From an uncultured Myxococcales bacterium (lineage in GTDB: Bacteria; Myxococcota; UBA727; VGSZ01), in assembly GCA_964580865.1 (NCBI GenBank), contig CAZONM010000002.1, positions 1-58,912 on the forward strand: DNA of 58,912 nucleotides. Direction: 5' to 3'. Each line of letters begins with the position of its first letter. The first letter of the stretch is position 1. Positions 43,539 to 52,440 of this stretch are shown here, in pieces. Both the position numbers and the translations under genes were made by a program. The notes under the pieces are model-generated. The model saw only the letters and a list, made by a program, of their open reading frames with translations. It had not been told where the DNA came from and did no database searches.

Positions 43539-44914
43539 GCGTTGCTCCCAATCACGACGGGTGCGGGACCCGACGCGGCGATCTTTCCGTTGCGACGCGC
43601 CTCGAGCATCTGCAGGTAGCTCTGCAGGCGGTTCTCGATGTTGGCCTTGCCGAAGTAGCGCGGATCGACGAGGTCACTCTCGACGAACGCGCCGGGCACG
43701 CCGGTGCGCTTCTCGAGCTCGCGCAGGATCATGAGCTGCCCGGCCGAGAACGAGTTGCAGCTCTTCACCGAGTTGATGAGGAAGCCGTCGGCGGAGTAGC
43801 TCTTGATGTACTTCTCGAGCAGGTCGATGCGGCTCGGCAGCGAGCGGTTCGTGTAGCAGCCGAGGCAGTAGTCGGCGAGCGTGCCGAGCGGGTCCTGCGG
43901 ATCGTGACGGAAGCCCTGATCGTACAGGCCGCCGACGCGCGTGTACGTCGACGCCACCGCGATGGCGCCTTCGTTCGAGAACATGTTCCAGAACTCGTTG
44001 AAGTGGGTCCAGCTCGGCGGACCCTCCACCACCAGGCGGTACTTCTGGTTGTTCATGACGCCGGCGGGCGTCATGGGCCCCTCACCGGCCTTGATGCGCT
44101 CGTTGACCTCGGCGAGCAGCTCCTCGTAGTAGGCCACGGCGTCTTCGCTGCCGCGGAAAGCCGAGAAGATGGGCCCGATGTAATAGACGCCACCGAAGTA
44201 GCCATCGATGGGCGACGGCTTGTTCCGCGCCGACTCCCACACCTTGACCAGCGCGTCCTCGGCGCGGCGCGAGCGCGCCAGCTGCTCCGACAGCTTGTCG
44301 AGGCTGAGCTTCATCCCCGTGATCTGCTCCATCTGCGGGATGACGTCGCTCTTGAGCTGATCGACGACGTACTGCCGCATCTCGGGCGTGATGTTGCCGT
44401 CGGCCTGATAGGGCACGTGCAGCATCACCACGGGGCAGTTGTATTCGGCCTTGAGCAGCTCGAACCACTTCATGAAGGTGAAGCAGCCCGTGTACGAGAG
44501 CAGCAAGAGGTCGGGGCTCGGCAGCGTCTTGCCCGTTGGGCCCACGTTGCCGGTGCGCAGCATGCCGATGTCGCACTTGACGTAGCTGCACACGTCCTCA
44601 CTGTGCCCGCCGCGCTCGGCCTCGCTGATGTACGCGCCGCTCTTGCCGCGCATGCCCGACTGCAGGGCGTTGATCTCGGGCAGCACCGGCAGCATCTCGA
44701 ACGCGCCCATGAGCTCGGTGAGGTTGCCAGGCACGAAGGTGTAGGCCACCTTCTTGCCGTCGGCCTTCGCCGTCGAGAGACGGTCGAAGTGCTCGGCGAT
44801 CATGCGCTTCTGCCGCTGTTGGCTTGCGTCTTTGGTGGTCGGCACGGTGACGGCCGAGCCCTCCGACGGAGGCGCGCCCTTGGAACCCTTGGAACCGATG
44901 TTGACGAGGCTCAT
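43535..44914 (-). CDS. bcrB: Class I benzoyl-CoA reductase subunit B
   Basis: FVPGNL.EL, PEINALQ, DVCSYVK.D, YTGCFTFMKWFE, SCNSFSAGQ, ESDLVDPRYF; ATGA overlap with bcrC. Confidence 0.93.
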   Translation of the reverse strand: MSLVNIGSKGSKGAPPSEGSAVTVPTTKDASQQRQKRMIAEHFDRLSTAKADGKKVAYTFVPGNLTELMGAFEMLPVLPEINALQSGMRGKSGAYISEAERGGHSEDVCSYVKCDIGMLRTGNVGPTGKTLPSPDLLLLSYTGCFTFMKWFELLKAEYNCPVVMLHVPYQADGNITPEMRQYVVDQLKSDVIPQMEQITGMKLSLDKLSEQLARSRRAEDALVKVWESARNKPSPIDGYFGGVYYIGPIFSAFRGSEDAVAYYEELLAEVNERIKAGEGPMTPAGVMNNQKYRLVVEGPPSWTHFNEFWNMFSNEGAIAVASTYTRVGGLYDQGFRHDPQDPLGTLADYCLGCYTNRSLPSRIDLLEKYIKSYSADGFLINSVKSCNSFSAGQLMILRELEKRTGVPGAFVESDLVDPRYFGKANIENRLQSYLQMLEARRNGKIAASGPAPVVIGSNA

Positions 44915-46104
44915 GCCGCTGACTCCCACAGGCGCACGGCGTCGGAGAAGGCGCCAGCCTGTTCACGAATGACCTGGAACTGCCCGGTGTTCTCGGCGTA
45001 CTTGAACGAGGTGAAGGGGATGCCCGCGCCCTCGCACGCGGCCTCGAGCATCGGCTGATCGAGCAACGCGGGGTCGCAGAACGACGCGGCCGCGAAGATG
45101 ACGCCGTCGGCCTTGGCGCGCTTGACCTGCTCGAGCAGCGCCGCGCCCTTCTGGCCCTCGCCGATGTAGCGCGACGCGGTCGCCTTGCCCTTGTGCAGGA
45201 AGGCGTTGACGATGGCGTCGAGCGGATCGCCGACGTCGTCGATCATGCCCTCCATGTAGTCGAGCCCGAGCTGCAGATCGTCGGAGATGATGTCGCAGCC
45301 GGCGCGCTCGAGGCTCTTGATGAGGCCGAAGGGCGGCTGCTCGCAGAAGCTGCCCACCAGCACCACGCGCACGTTGTCCTTGGGCTGGCCCGTGCGCTTG
45401 CCCGCCGCCGCCACGTACTCCTCGACGAGCGAGGCGTGCTCACGCGCGCTGACAGCGCCGCCGGCGCGGGTCACCAGGTAGGCCTCGGAGGCCGGCACGC
45501 GCCACGAGGCGTCGCGGCGCAGGGCCGCGAGCTTGTCGAGCGCCGCGCGGCGCACGTTCTCGTCCTTGATGGCCGCGCGCAGCCCCTCGTCGGTGAGGGC
45601 CTTGGCGCCGCGCTCGTGGAGCTCGCGCGCTAGGCGCTTGAGCTCGAGCTTGTAGAAGCGGCCGCCCACCTCGGGGCGGAAGTTCTGCGGCAGATCGAGG
45701 TACGCCGCCCACTTCTGCGGGAACAGCATCTGCCACATGCCGCTCAGGTTGCGGATGACGTCGCAGATGGCGGGAAAGATCATGCCGTCGAGCGAGTCGA
45801 GCATGCCGGTGAGGCCGAGCTCGATGGTGCTGCGCGGGATATGGCAGATGTAGCTCTGGAAGTACGAGTCGCCGCGGATGATGTCCTTGTCCCCGGCGCC
45901 GTAGATGGCCACCGGGAGCACGCCGATGGCCTCGAGCAGCACGCGCGGCGTGTAGATGGGCATGTGGCCGATGGCGAGCGCGCCCTTGTTCTTGTCCTTC
46001 CACGCCTTGACCGGCGCGGTGCCGTAGTCGTCGACGAGCGCCTGCGCGCGCTTGAGGACCGCCGCGGCGGGGTCGTTCGTGGAAGCGGTGGGTTGAGCGG
46101 TCAT
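44911..46104 (-). CDS. bcrC: Class I benzoyl-CoA reductase subunit C
   Basis: GDSYFQSYICHIPRSTIELG, CDVIRNLSG, GSFCEQPP, SFCDPALLD, FKYAENTGQFQVIREQAG.F. Confidence 0.93.
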   Translation of the reverse strand: MTAQPTASTNDPAAAVLKRAQALVDDYGTAPVKAWKDKNKGALAIGHMPIYTPRVLLEAIGVLPVAIYGAGDKDIIRGDSYFQSYICHIPRSTIELGLTGMLDSLDGMIFPAICDVIRNLSGMWQMLFPQKWAAYLDLPQNFRPEVGGRFYKLELKRLARELHERGAKALTDEGLRAAIKDENVRRAALDKLAALRRDASWRVPASEAYLVTRAGGAVSAREHASLVEEYVAAAGKRTGQPKDNVRVVLVGSFCEQPPFGLIKSLERAGCDIISDDLQLGLDYMEGMIDDVGDPLDAIVNAFLHKGKATASRYIGEGQKGAALLEQVKRAKADGVIFAAASFCDPALLDQPMLEAACEGAGIPFTSFKYAENTGQFQVIREQAGAFSDAVRLWESAA

Positions 46105-46835
46105 GCGCTATCTCCCGGTGACTTGACGAGCTGCAACAGAGGAAGGGGCTTCTTGCCGGCCAAGCGCTCGACGGTCTCGGTGACGTCGGCGTTGGCGTCG
46201 TGCATGGGGCATGCGGGCCGCAGGCCGCACAACAGCAAGCGGTGGAGCGTGTGGGCGAGCACCTGTGGTGTGCCGTGCACGGCCGGGCGGTACCAGCCGT
46301 AGGTCCAGTTGATCATCCCGAACAGGGCGTAGGTCTGGCGTTCGAGCTCGAGCGGATCGACCTTGGCCTTCTTGGCGGCGCCGTTCTTCTTGGGCGTGCA
46401 CGACGCCTCGTCGAGCACGCCGGCGACGACGTCGCGACCGATGGCGTAGTAGCGCTCCTTGACGGCGCGCACCACCGCGCGCTGCTTGGGCGGCAGCGCA
46501 TGCGCCTCTTGGATCAGCACCTGCATGATCGCGTGATTGCTCGCCACGTACTGCACGTGCTGCTGGATGAACGCGTAGAGCTTGTCGACGGGCGAGCTGC
46601 CCTGCGCCACCGCCGCCGTCGCCGACTGCACCAGCGTCTCGAAGGCGCGCTGCTGCAGATCGGCGAGCAGATCCTCCTTCGACGCGTAGTAGTTGTAGAA
46701 GCCCGCCGGTGTCTTGCCGAGCGCCTTGGCCAGATCGCGCATCGACATGCCGTGGAAGCCGTGCTTCGCCAGCACGCCCGCCGCGGCCTCGAGGATCTCG
46801 AGGCGTCCTTCCGCTTTGCGGGAGGGACGCGCCAT
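46101..46835 (-). CDS. TetR-family regulator (KstR2/PaaR-like C-terminal domain)
   Basis: HTH ILEAAA...GFHGMSMRDLA..LG...FYNYYASKEDLL; C-terminal FGMINWTYGWY.P; overlaps both neighbours. Confidence 0.92.
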   Translation of the reverse strand: MARPSRKAEGRLEILEAAAGVLAKHGFHGMSMRDLAKALGKTPAGFYNYYASKEDLLADLQQRAFETLVQSATAAVAQGSSPVDKLYAFIQQHVQYVASNHAIMQVLIQEAHALPPKQRAVVRAVKERYYAIGRDVVAGVLDEASCTPKKNGAAKKAKVDPLELERQTYALFGMINWTYGWYRPAVHGTPQVLAHTLHRLLLCGLRPACPMHDANADVTETVERLAGKKPLPLLQLVKSPGDSA

Positions 46836-47605
46836 CAGCGGTCCTCCCACGCGGGTCTGCGCCGCTCGAGGAATGACGCGATGCCCTCGTTGGCGTCGTG
46901 GCTCGGCAGCAGCTCCTCGACGTACTGCCGCTCGGCGACGTCGAGGGCGCCCTCGAGCGCGTGCAGCAAGCCGCCCGCGCGCCGCGCCACCTTGGTGGCC
47001 TGACGGATCGCGAAGGCCGACAGCGGCGCCAGGTGCTCGCGGTACCAAGCGAACACCTCGGCCTCGTCGACGACGATCTTGCTGACGAAGCCGCTGCGCG
47101 CCGCCTCGTCGGCGTTGATGGTGGCCCCGGTGATGACCAGCCGCTCGCCGAGCGCGTGCCCCAGGCGCAGCGGGCCGATGGCGGCGAGCACCGGCGGGAA
47201 CACGCCGAGCTTCACCTCGGGGCAGCCGAACTTCGCGTCCGACGTGCAGAACACCAGGTGGCAGGCGCACACGACCTCGAAGGCGCCGCCCAGGCACTGC
47301 CCGCGCACCAGCGCGGCCACCGGCACCGGGTGCGCGGCCAGCGCGCGGATGAAGCGATGGAAGGCCGCCAGCATGCCGGGCGCGGCCTCCTTCTTGTGCT
47401 CTTCCACCGAGGCGCCGAACGAGAAGTGCGCGCCATCGCCCTCGAGCACCACCAGCTTGAGCTTGGGGTCGTCCTTGTGCTCGTCGAGCGCGGCGGTGAT
47501 GGCGGACATCATCGCCATCGAGAAGATGTTGCCCTTGCCGCCCGTGAGCAGCACGCGCTGCACGCGTCCGTCCTCGAGCATCTCGGTGCGCACCAGTCGC
47601 GTCAT
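46835..47605 (-). CDS. dch: Cyclohexa-1,5-diene-1-carbonyl-CoA hydratase (crotonase fold)
   Basis: KGNIF, HFSFGASVEEH, CLGGAFE, FGCPEVKLGVFPP, DANEGI..F; context within the bcr cluster. Confidence 0.85.
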   Translation of the reverse strand: MTRLVRTEMLEDGRVQRVLLTGGKGNIFSMAMMSAITAALDEHKDDPKLKLVVLEGDGAHFSFGASVEEHKKEAAPGMLAAFHRFIRALAAHPVPVAALVRGQCLGGAFEVVCACHLVFCTSDAKFGCPEVKLGVFPPVLAAIGPLRLGHALGERLVITGATINADEAARSGFVSKIVVDEAEVFAWYREHLAPLSAFAIRQATKVARRAGGLLHALEGALDVAERQYVEELLPSHDANEGIASFLERRRPAWEDR

Positions 47606-47615
47606 CGCCGCCCCC

Positions 47616-48743
47616 TCACTCGCTCATCAGCTTCTTGAATGCCGGCCGCGCCGAGGCGGGCAGCACGCTCTCCACCAGCTCTTGGTTGAAGCGCGCGCCC
47701 TCGGCCACGCGGCGGCGCAGCTGCGCGAAGTCGATCTCGCGCTCCTTGCCCTCGCCGAAGTGGAAGGCGGGGAAGCCGGCCATCGCCTCGGTGTTCATGT
47801 TGAGCGACAGCCAGCTCCGGCTGGTCTCGCAGTTCTTCTGCCAGGCCTCGAGCTTCTTCTTCCGGAAGCTCTCGAGCGTCTTCCGCGTGCAGTCGGGGAA
47901 GGTGTAGAGGAGCTTGGTGACGAGGGCGTTCACCGCCTTGTCGAGGAGCGTGAGGTCAATCTCGCACTCGCTCGCCGCGGCCTTCGCCTTCTCCTTGGCG
48001 TCGCCGTCCTTGAAGTCGCCGTACACCACGCGACCGTACTCATCGAGAAACCGCTCGGTGACGACGTACGGGTTGGCGATGAAGGTGCCGTCCTTCTTCT
48101 TGTGCACGGGCACGATCTCGTTGACGATGCCGAAGTGCATGGCCTTGTGCGCCGACCATGGCTCGCACAAGACCAGCGACTCGGGCGCGCGCCCCACGCC
48201 CACGTACAAGTCGAGGAAGTCGGTGCTGCCGCCGTCGGGCGCCGAGCCGTGCTTGGGCCCCGCCTGGCCGTAGCGCGCGTGATCACCGGAGACGGTGAAG
48301 TCACACGCCATGCCGATTTCCTGGCCGCCGCCGATGCGCATGCCGTTGGCGCGGCACACGACGGGCTTGTCGCACAGCAGGATCGTCGTCACCATGTCGT
48401 TGAACAGGCGCATGTACTGCGCGTACTCGAGGGGACGACCGGCGTAGTACGTGGTGTACTCCTCGGTGTTGCCGCCGGTGCAGAAGGCCCGGTCGCCCAC
48501 CGCCGTGAACACCACGGCCACCGCGCGGCGATCGCAGCTCGCACGACGGAACGCCAGGATCACGTCCTTGACCGTATCCGTGGTGTAGCTGTTGAGCTGC
48601 TTTGGGTTGTTGAGCGAGATCCACACCTGATGCAGCCCGGCGACCTCATTGCCTGCGGTGTCGAGCACCGGCTTGGTCTCGTATTTGATGTGCGAGAAGA
48701 CGTAGTCGGCGACGAGCTCGTGGTTCCTGAGGGTGAGGGCCAT
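47616..48743 (-). CDS. oah: 6-oxocyclohex-1-ene-1-carbonyl-CoA hydrolase (ring cleaving)
   Basis: AAGGAG RBS; LNNPKQLNSYTT, FCTGGNT.EY..YYAGRP.EY, GMRIGGGQEIGMACD, QAGPKHGSAPDGGSTDFL, NMNTEA. Confidence 0.93.
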   Translation of the reverse strand: MALTLRNHELVADYVFSHIKYETKPVLDTAGNEVAGLHQVWISLNNPKQLNSYTTDTVKDVILAFRRASCDRRAVAVVFTAVGDRAFCTGGNTEEYTTYYAGRPLEYAQYMRLFNDMVTTILLCDKPVVCRANGMRIGGGQEIGMACDFTVSGDHARYGQAGPKHGSAPDGGSTDFLDLYVGVGRAPESLVLCEPWSAHKAMHFGIVNEIVPVHKKKDGTFIANPYVVTERFLDEYGRVVYGDFKDGDAKEKAKAAASECEIDLTLLDKAVNALVTKLLYTFPDCTRKTLESFRKKKLEAWQKNCETSRSWLSLNMNTEAMAGFPAFHFGEGKEREIDFAQLRRRVAEGARFNQELVESVLPASARPAFKKLMSE

Positions 48744-48772
48744 GGTTCGCTCCTTTGGATCGAAGGGAGTGC

Positions 48773-49834
48773 TCAGAGGCGGGGATCGAGGGTGACGCGG
48801 CGCGTGAGCGTGTGCGCGCGCATGGCGTCGAGCACGGCGTTGACCTCGCGCATCGGGCGCACCTCGCAGAAGGGCGCGAGCGCGATCTTGCCGGCAGCGA
48901 TGAGGCGCAAGACCTCCGGGTATTGCTCGGGCGGGCAGCCCCACGTGCCGTGCACCGTGGCGTCGAACGCCATCAGGTTCGACAGGCGCACGGTGACGCG
49001 TTCGGGCGTGAAGCCCACCTGCACCATGGTCGAGCAGCGGCCGAGCAGCGAGAACGCGATCTCCTGCGTGGCCGGCAGGCCCGCGCACTCGAAGACCCGG
49101 GTCTTCCACGTGTCGATGCCGAAGCCCTTGGCCAGCTTGCTCGCCTCGTCGCGCACGGCCTTCACGTCCTTGCCGCGCGTGTTGATGGTGGCGGCAGCGC
49201 CGTGCTTGGCCATGAGCGACAGCCGCTCGTCGGCGACGTCAAGGGCGATGACCTTGGCGCCGAGCGCCGCGCACGCCTGGATGACGAAGCCGCCCACGCC
49301 GCCCGCGCCCACCACGTAGCACAGGTCGCCCTCGCTCACGCCGGCGCGGCGCGTCGCCTGCCACGCGGTCGACACGGCGTCGGCGACCACCGAGTACATG
49401 CGCACGTCGACGCCGCCGGTGTCGGCCAGCACCTGGAGCGGGCGCGCGGGCACGAGCAGGTGGGTGGCGAAGGCGCCGTGGATGTCGTTGCCCGGCATCT
49501 TCTGTTTGGGGCACGCGTTGCCGCGGCCCGCCTTGCACAGCGCGCACTCGCCGCAGGGCAGCACCGCGGGCACCACCACGGTCTTACCCACGAGGTGCAG
49601 GAAGGCGTCGCCCGCCTCCACCACCTTGCCGACGGCCTCGTGGCCGAGCACCAGCGGCAGCGGGTGGTTCGTGCGCACGCCACCGTCGGCGAAGCCGAGG
49701 TCGGTGTGGCACAGGCCGTTGCCCCACACCTCCACCACGGCCTCCCCCGGGCCCGGCGCCGGGATGGGCAGCTCGCGCTCCACCAGCGGAGCCTTGGGCT
49801 CGACGAGAAACCAGGCCTTGGCGGTGATGGTCAT
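48773..49834 (-). CDS. had: 6-hydroxycyclohex-1-ene-1-carbonyl-CoA dehydrogenase (Zn-dependent MDR)
   Basis: GLCHTDL, LVLGHE, PCGECALCKAGRGNAC..QKMPGND..G.FATH, VVADAVST, RLSNLMAFDA...G.WGCPP. Confidence 0.9.
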   Translation of the reverse strand: MTITAKAWFLVEPKAPLVERELPIPAPGPGEAVVEVWGNGLCHTDLGFADGGVRTNHPLPLVLGHEAVGKVVEAGDAFLHLVGKTVVVPAVLPCGECALCKAGRGNACPKQKMPGNDIHGAFATHLLVPARPLQVLADTGGVDVRMYSVVADAVSTAWQATRRAGVSEGDLCYVVGAGGVGGFVIQACAALGAKVIALDVADERLSLMAKHGAAATINTRGKDVKAVRDEASKLAKGFGIDTWKTRVFECAGLPATQEIAFSLLGRCSTMVQVGFTPERVTVRLSNLMAFDATVHGTWGCPPEQYPEVLRLIAAGKIALAPFCEVRPMREVNAVLDAMRAHTLTRRVTLDPRL

Positions 49835-49871
49835 GGGGGCCCTCGCGGGAGATCGGGGAGATCGTTTGTTA

Positions 49872-49889
49872 CATGAACGTTCGTTCATG
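49872..49889. promoter_or_regulatory. Perfect inverted repeat CATGAACG-TT-CGTTCATG; candidate TetR operator of the had-oah-dch-tetR-bcr operon
   Basis: 8-bp arms with a 2-bp spacer in an AT-richer patch 38-55 nt upstream of the had ATG. Confidence 0.75.
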
Positions 49890-49899
49890 GAACCTGGGC

Positions 49900-49905
49900 T
49901 GTCAA
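49900..49905 (-). promoter_or_regulatory. Candidate sigma70-type -35 hexamer TTGACA
   Basis: Exact TTGACA on the minus strand 10 nt upstream of the palindrome. The expected -10 position falls inside the palindrome and is a poor match (GAACGT). Confidence 0.4.
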
Positions 49906-50025
49906 GCTGGGAATCGGCGCGTCCGGACGCGGGCGATGGGCGGTCGAGCGACGCCTCGGCGGGCGCGCGCTTGGCCGCGCGGTCTGCACCGGGCGTGCGA
50001 CCGGCGAGCCGCAGGGCCGAGCCGC

Positions 50026-51099
50026 TCACGCCCCCGCGCCAGGCGCCTTTGCTCCCACGCGTCGCAAGAACGCCATGAAGCGCTCCGGCTCCTCGAAGCA
50101 CGGGGCGTGCGCCGATCGCTCGAACACCAGGTGGGCCTTGGTGGGCGCCTCGATCGTCTTGACATAGCTCTCGACGAGGTGCGGCGGCGTGTTCATGTCG
50201 TGTGCCCCCGAGACGAAGTAGACGGGCACGTCGAAGCGCCGGACCGTCGACGTGATGTCGATGGACATCGCCTCGGGCCACATGGCGTTCATGGTCCGCA
50301 GGAAGGCGCTCATGAATTGCAGCTTGTCGAGCACGCTGTACTCCGACGCGAGCATCAGCGGTGCGACCAGGAGGCCTGCGCCCCTCTCGTCGTGGACCAT
50401 GCCGCCCGACTCGAGCAGCCAGCGCTTCTGCGTCTCGAAGTTGGCAGCGGCGCGTGGCCCCGACCACGGCGGCGGCCCGATGCTCGCGAGCTCGCGTTCC
50501 GCCTCTGCGTTGCCGGCGTCGCGCGCCCAGCGGAGCAGGAGGCGATACGACTCGGCCTCACGCCTCACCCCGTCGGTCCACTGGCCGACGCCGACGTAGG
50601 CGTGCACCACGTCCGGGCGCTGCGCGGCGATGCGCGCGCCCACGATGGTGCCCCAGGAGTGGGCGACGAGCGTGACCTTGTCGACGCCGAACCGGCCGCG
50701 CAGCGTCTCAATGAGTTGGATCGCATCGCGCTGCATCTGGTGGTGCGTCATGGTGCCCGGCGGCACCGCGCGCGCGGCGGAGCGCCCCTGGCCGCGCATG
50801 TCCCATGTCACCACCACGAAGTCGCGCTCGAGGGGCTCGAGGTAGGTGCGCACCATGGGCATCTCGGTGGCGCCGGGCCCGCCATGCAGGAAGAGCAACA
50901 CCGGGTTGTCTCTGCGCTGGCCGCGCAGGAGTACTGCCTGCTCAACGCCACCGAGCTCGATCCACTCGAGCGACGCCACGCCCGTCGCCATCGGAACGCC
51001 GTCCTCGGAGCGGATCGGGGGCGTGCTCGCGCACGCGGTGAGCGCAACGACCAACGCGACCGCCCTCACGTTCAAGAGCTTGCGAAGGAGGATCGTCAT
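50026..51099 (-). CDS. Exported alpha/beta hydrolase (proline-iminopeptidase-like), probable lipoprotein
   Basis: LVVALTAC lipobox; LFLHGGPG, WDMRGQG, AHSWG, SGAHD, SAHAP. Confidence 0.85.
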   Translation of the reverse strand: MTILLRKLLNVRAVALVVALTACASTPPIRSEDGVPMATGVASLEWIELGGVEQAVLLRGQRRDNPVLLFLHGGPGATEMPMVRTYLEPLERDFVVVTWDMRGQGRSAARAVPPGTMTHHQMQRDAIQLIETLRGRFGVDKVTLVAHSWGTIVGARIAAQRPDVVHAYVGVGQWTDGVRREAESYRLLLRWARDAGNAEAERELASIGPPPWSGPRAAANFETQKRWLLESGGMVHDERGAGLLVAPLMLASEYSVLDKLQFMSAFLRTMNAMWPEAMSIDITSTVRRFDVPVYFVSGAHDMNTPPHLVESYVKTIEAPTKAHLVFERSAHAPCFEEPERFMAFLRRVGAKAPGAGA

Positions 51100-51359
51100 G
51101 CCCATCTCCCGTTGCGGCTACCGCCGCTCAGCGCTTGCCGCATAGAGACTCAGTCCTGCTGCAACCACCGCGGTTGCGCCCGCGTCGTCAAGGCACCCCC
51201 ACGGCGATGGCGGCGCTCGAACCCTCGGTCGGCACGGCCTGGGCGTGCAACGCGCCATCGGTGCCGAGCGAGAACACGCGGAACTGCTGTTGCCTCGCGA
51301 CCTCCAACGAGACTCTGACGTTGCGATCCCCGCGCCGCGACGCGCGCGCCCCATGATCC

Positions 51360-52298
51360 TCACGGGCGCTCCGGGCCAGGCGCGCCGTGTGCCACGCGGC
51401 GCACCAGGATCTCGACGAAGCTGCGCGCCTTGGCCGAGGGTCGCCGACCGCCGCCATAGAGCGCCCACACCTGCAGCGGCACGGGCGCGGCCGCCGGCAG
51501 GACGTCGACGAGCGCGCCGCTTTGGAGGTGGGCCTCGACGCGGTACCTCGGCATGACGAACAGACCGACGCCGCCGAGGCACGCGCGCAACAGGGCCTCA
51601 CCATCGTTGGCCGTGAACGGTCCACCGACCACGACGGGCCGAACCCGTCGCCCCACGACGAAGCGCCACTCCGTGGAGCCGGTGCCGAGCGAGCCCCGCG
51701 CGTATGCCAGGCACGCGTGCGCGGCGAGATCGGCGACGGTGCGCGGTCGGCCGCGCCGCTCGAGATAGGACGGGGCGCCGACGACCAGCTGCGGCAGCGT
51801 CATGAGCTTGCGACCTGTCACGGTCCCTTCGAGCGCGCTGCCGATGCGCACGATGACGTCGAAGCCGCCATGCACGATGTCGACGTAGTGGTTGTCGGCT
51901 GCCAGGTCGACGGTCACGGTGGGGTGACGCACCTGCATCTCGGCGGCGGCCTCGGCGACCAGCGTCCGTCCGAAGACCGCGGGCGCGGCGATGCGCAGCT
52001 CGCCGCGCAGCTCGTCGCTCGTGCCGCGACCAATTGCCCGCAGGGCGGCGCGCGCGTCGGCCGCAGCGGTCGGCAGGCCGGCGCAGGCCTCGAGCAGCGA
52101 GGCGCCCGCATCCGTGAGCGAGAGGTCGCGCGTCGTGCGATGCAGCAGCGCGGTGCCCGCGAGCCGTTCCAGGCGCGCCACGCGCGCGCTCAGGCGGCTC
52201 TTCGACATCCCCGCGATCCGTGCGGCTTTGGTGAAGGAGCGCTCCTCCACGACCATCCGAAACGCCATGAGATCACCAACCTCGTCGAACGAATTCAT
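51360..52298 (-). CDS. LysR-family regulator (CrgA/DmlR-like)
   Basis: F..VVEERSFTKAA...GMSKS.LS..VARLE..AG..LLHRTTR.LSLTDAG; GELRIAAP; GGFDV.VRIG. Confidence 0.93.
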   Translation of the reverse strand: MNSFDEVGDLMAFRMVVEERSFTKAARIAGMSKSRLSARVARLERLAGTALLHRTTRDLSLTDAGASLLEACAGLPTAAADARAALRAIGRGTSDELRGELRIAAPAVFGRTLVAEAAAEMQVRHPTVTVDLAADNHYVDIVHGGFDVIVRIGSALEGTVTGRKLMTLPQLVVGAPSYLERRGRPRTVADLAAHACLAYARGSLGTGSTEWRFVVGRRVRPVVVGGPFTANDGEALLRACLGGVGLFVMPRYRVEAHLQSGALVDVLPAAAPVPLQVWALYGGGRRPSAKARSFVEILVRRVAHGAPGPERP

Positions 52299-52309
52299 AC
52301 ACGCGTCCT

Positions 52310-52355
52310 TTGTCCTGTGCGCAGGACGCTATGTCGCGTGCCGGATCCAGGACAA
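52310..52355. promoter_or_regulatory. Inverted repeats TTGTCCTG...CAGGAC / CAGGACAA between lysR and its divergent gene; candidate LysR binding region
   Basis: TTGTCCTG at 52310-52317 pairs with CAGGAC at 52322-52327 and CAGGACAA at 52348-52355. Confidence 0.45.
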
Positions 52356-52440
52356 TCCCCCGTGGCGGCGATCCGGCGAACCGCGCTGCTGCTATGAGAT
52401 GGAAGCGGCCGCGCGCGTGGCCGTGCCGGAGGAAAGCCCG

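Noticed and set aside
49840-49920. FNR box in the bcr operon promoter
   Set aside because: No TTGAT-N4-ATCAA match; the only clear dyad is the AACG-N2-CGTT palindrome.
51118-51625. ORFs between the hydrolase and lysR
   Set aside because: They overlap lysR out of frame and lack a credible start or RBS; at most a short remnant.
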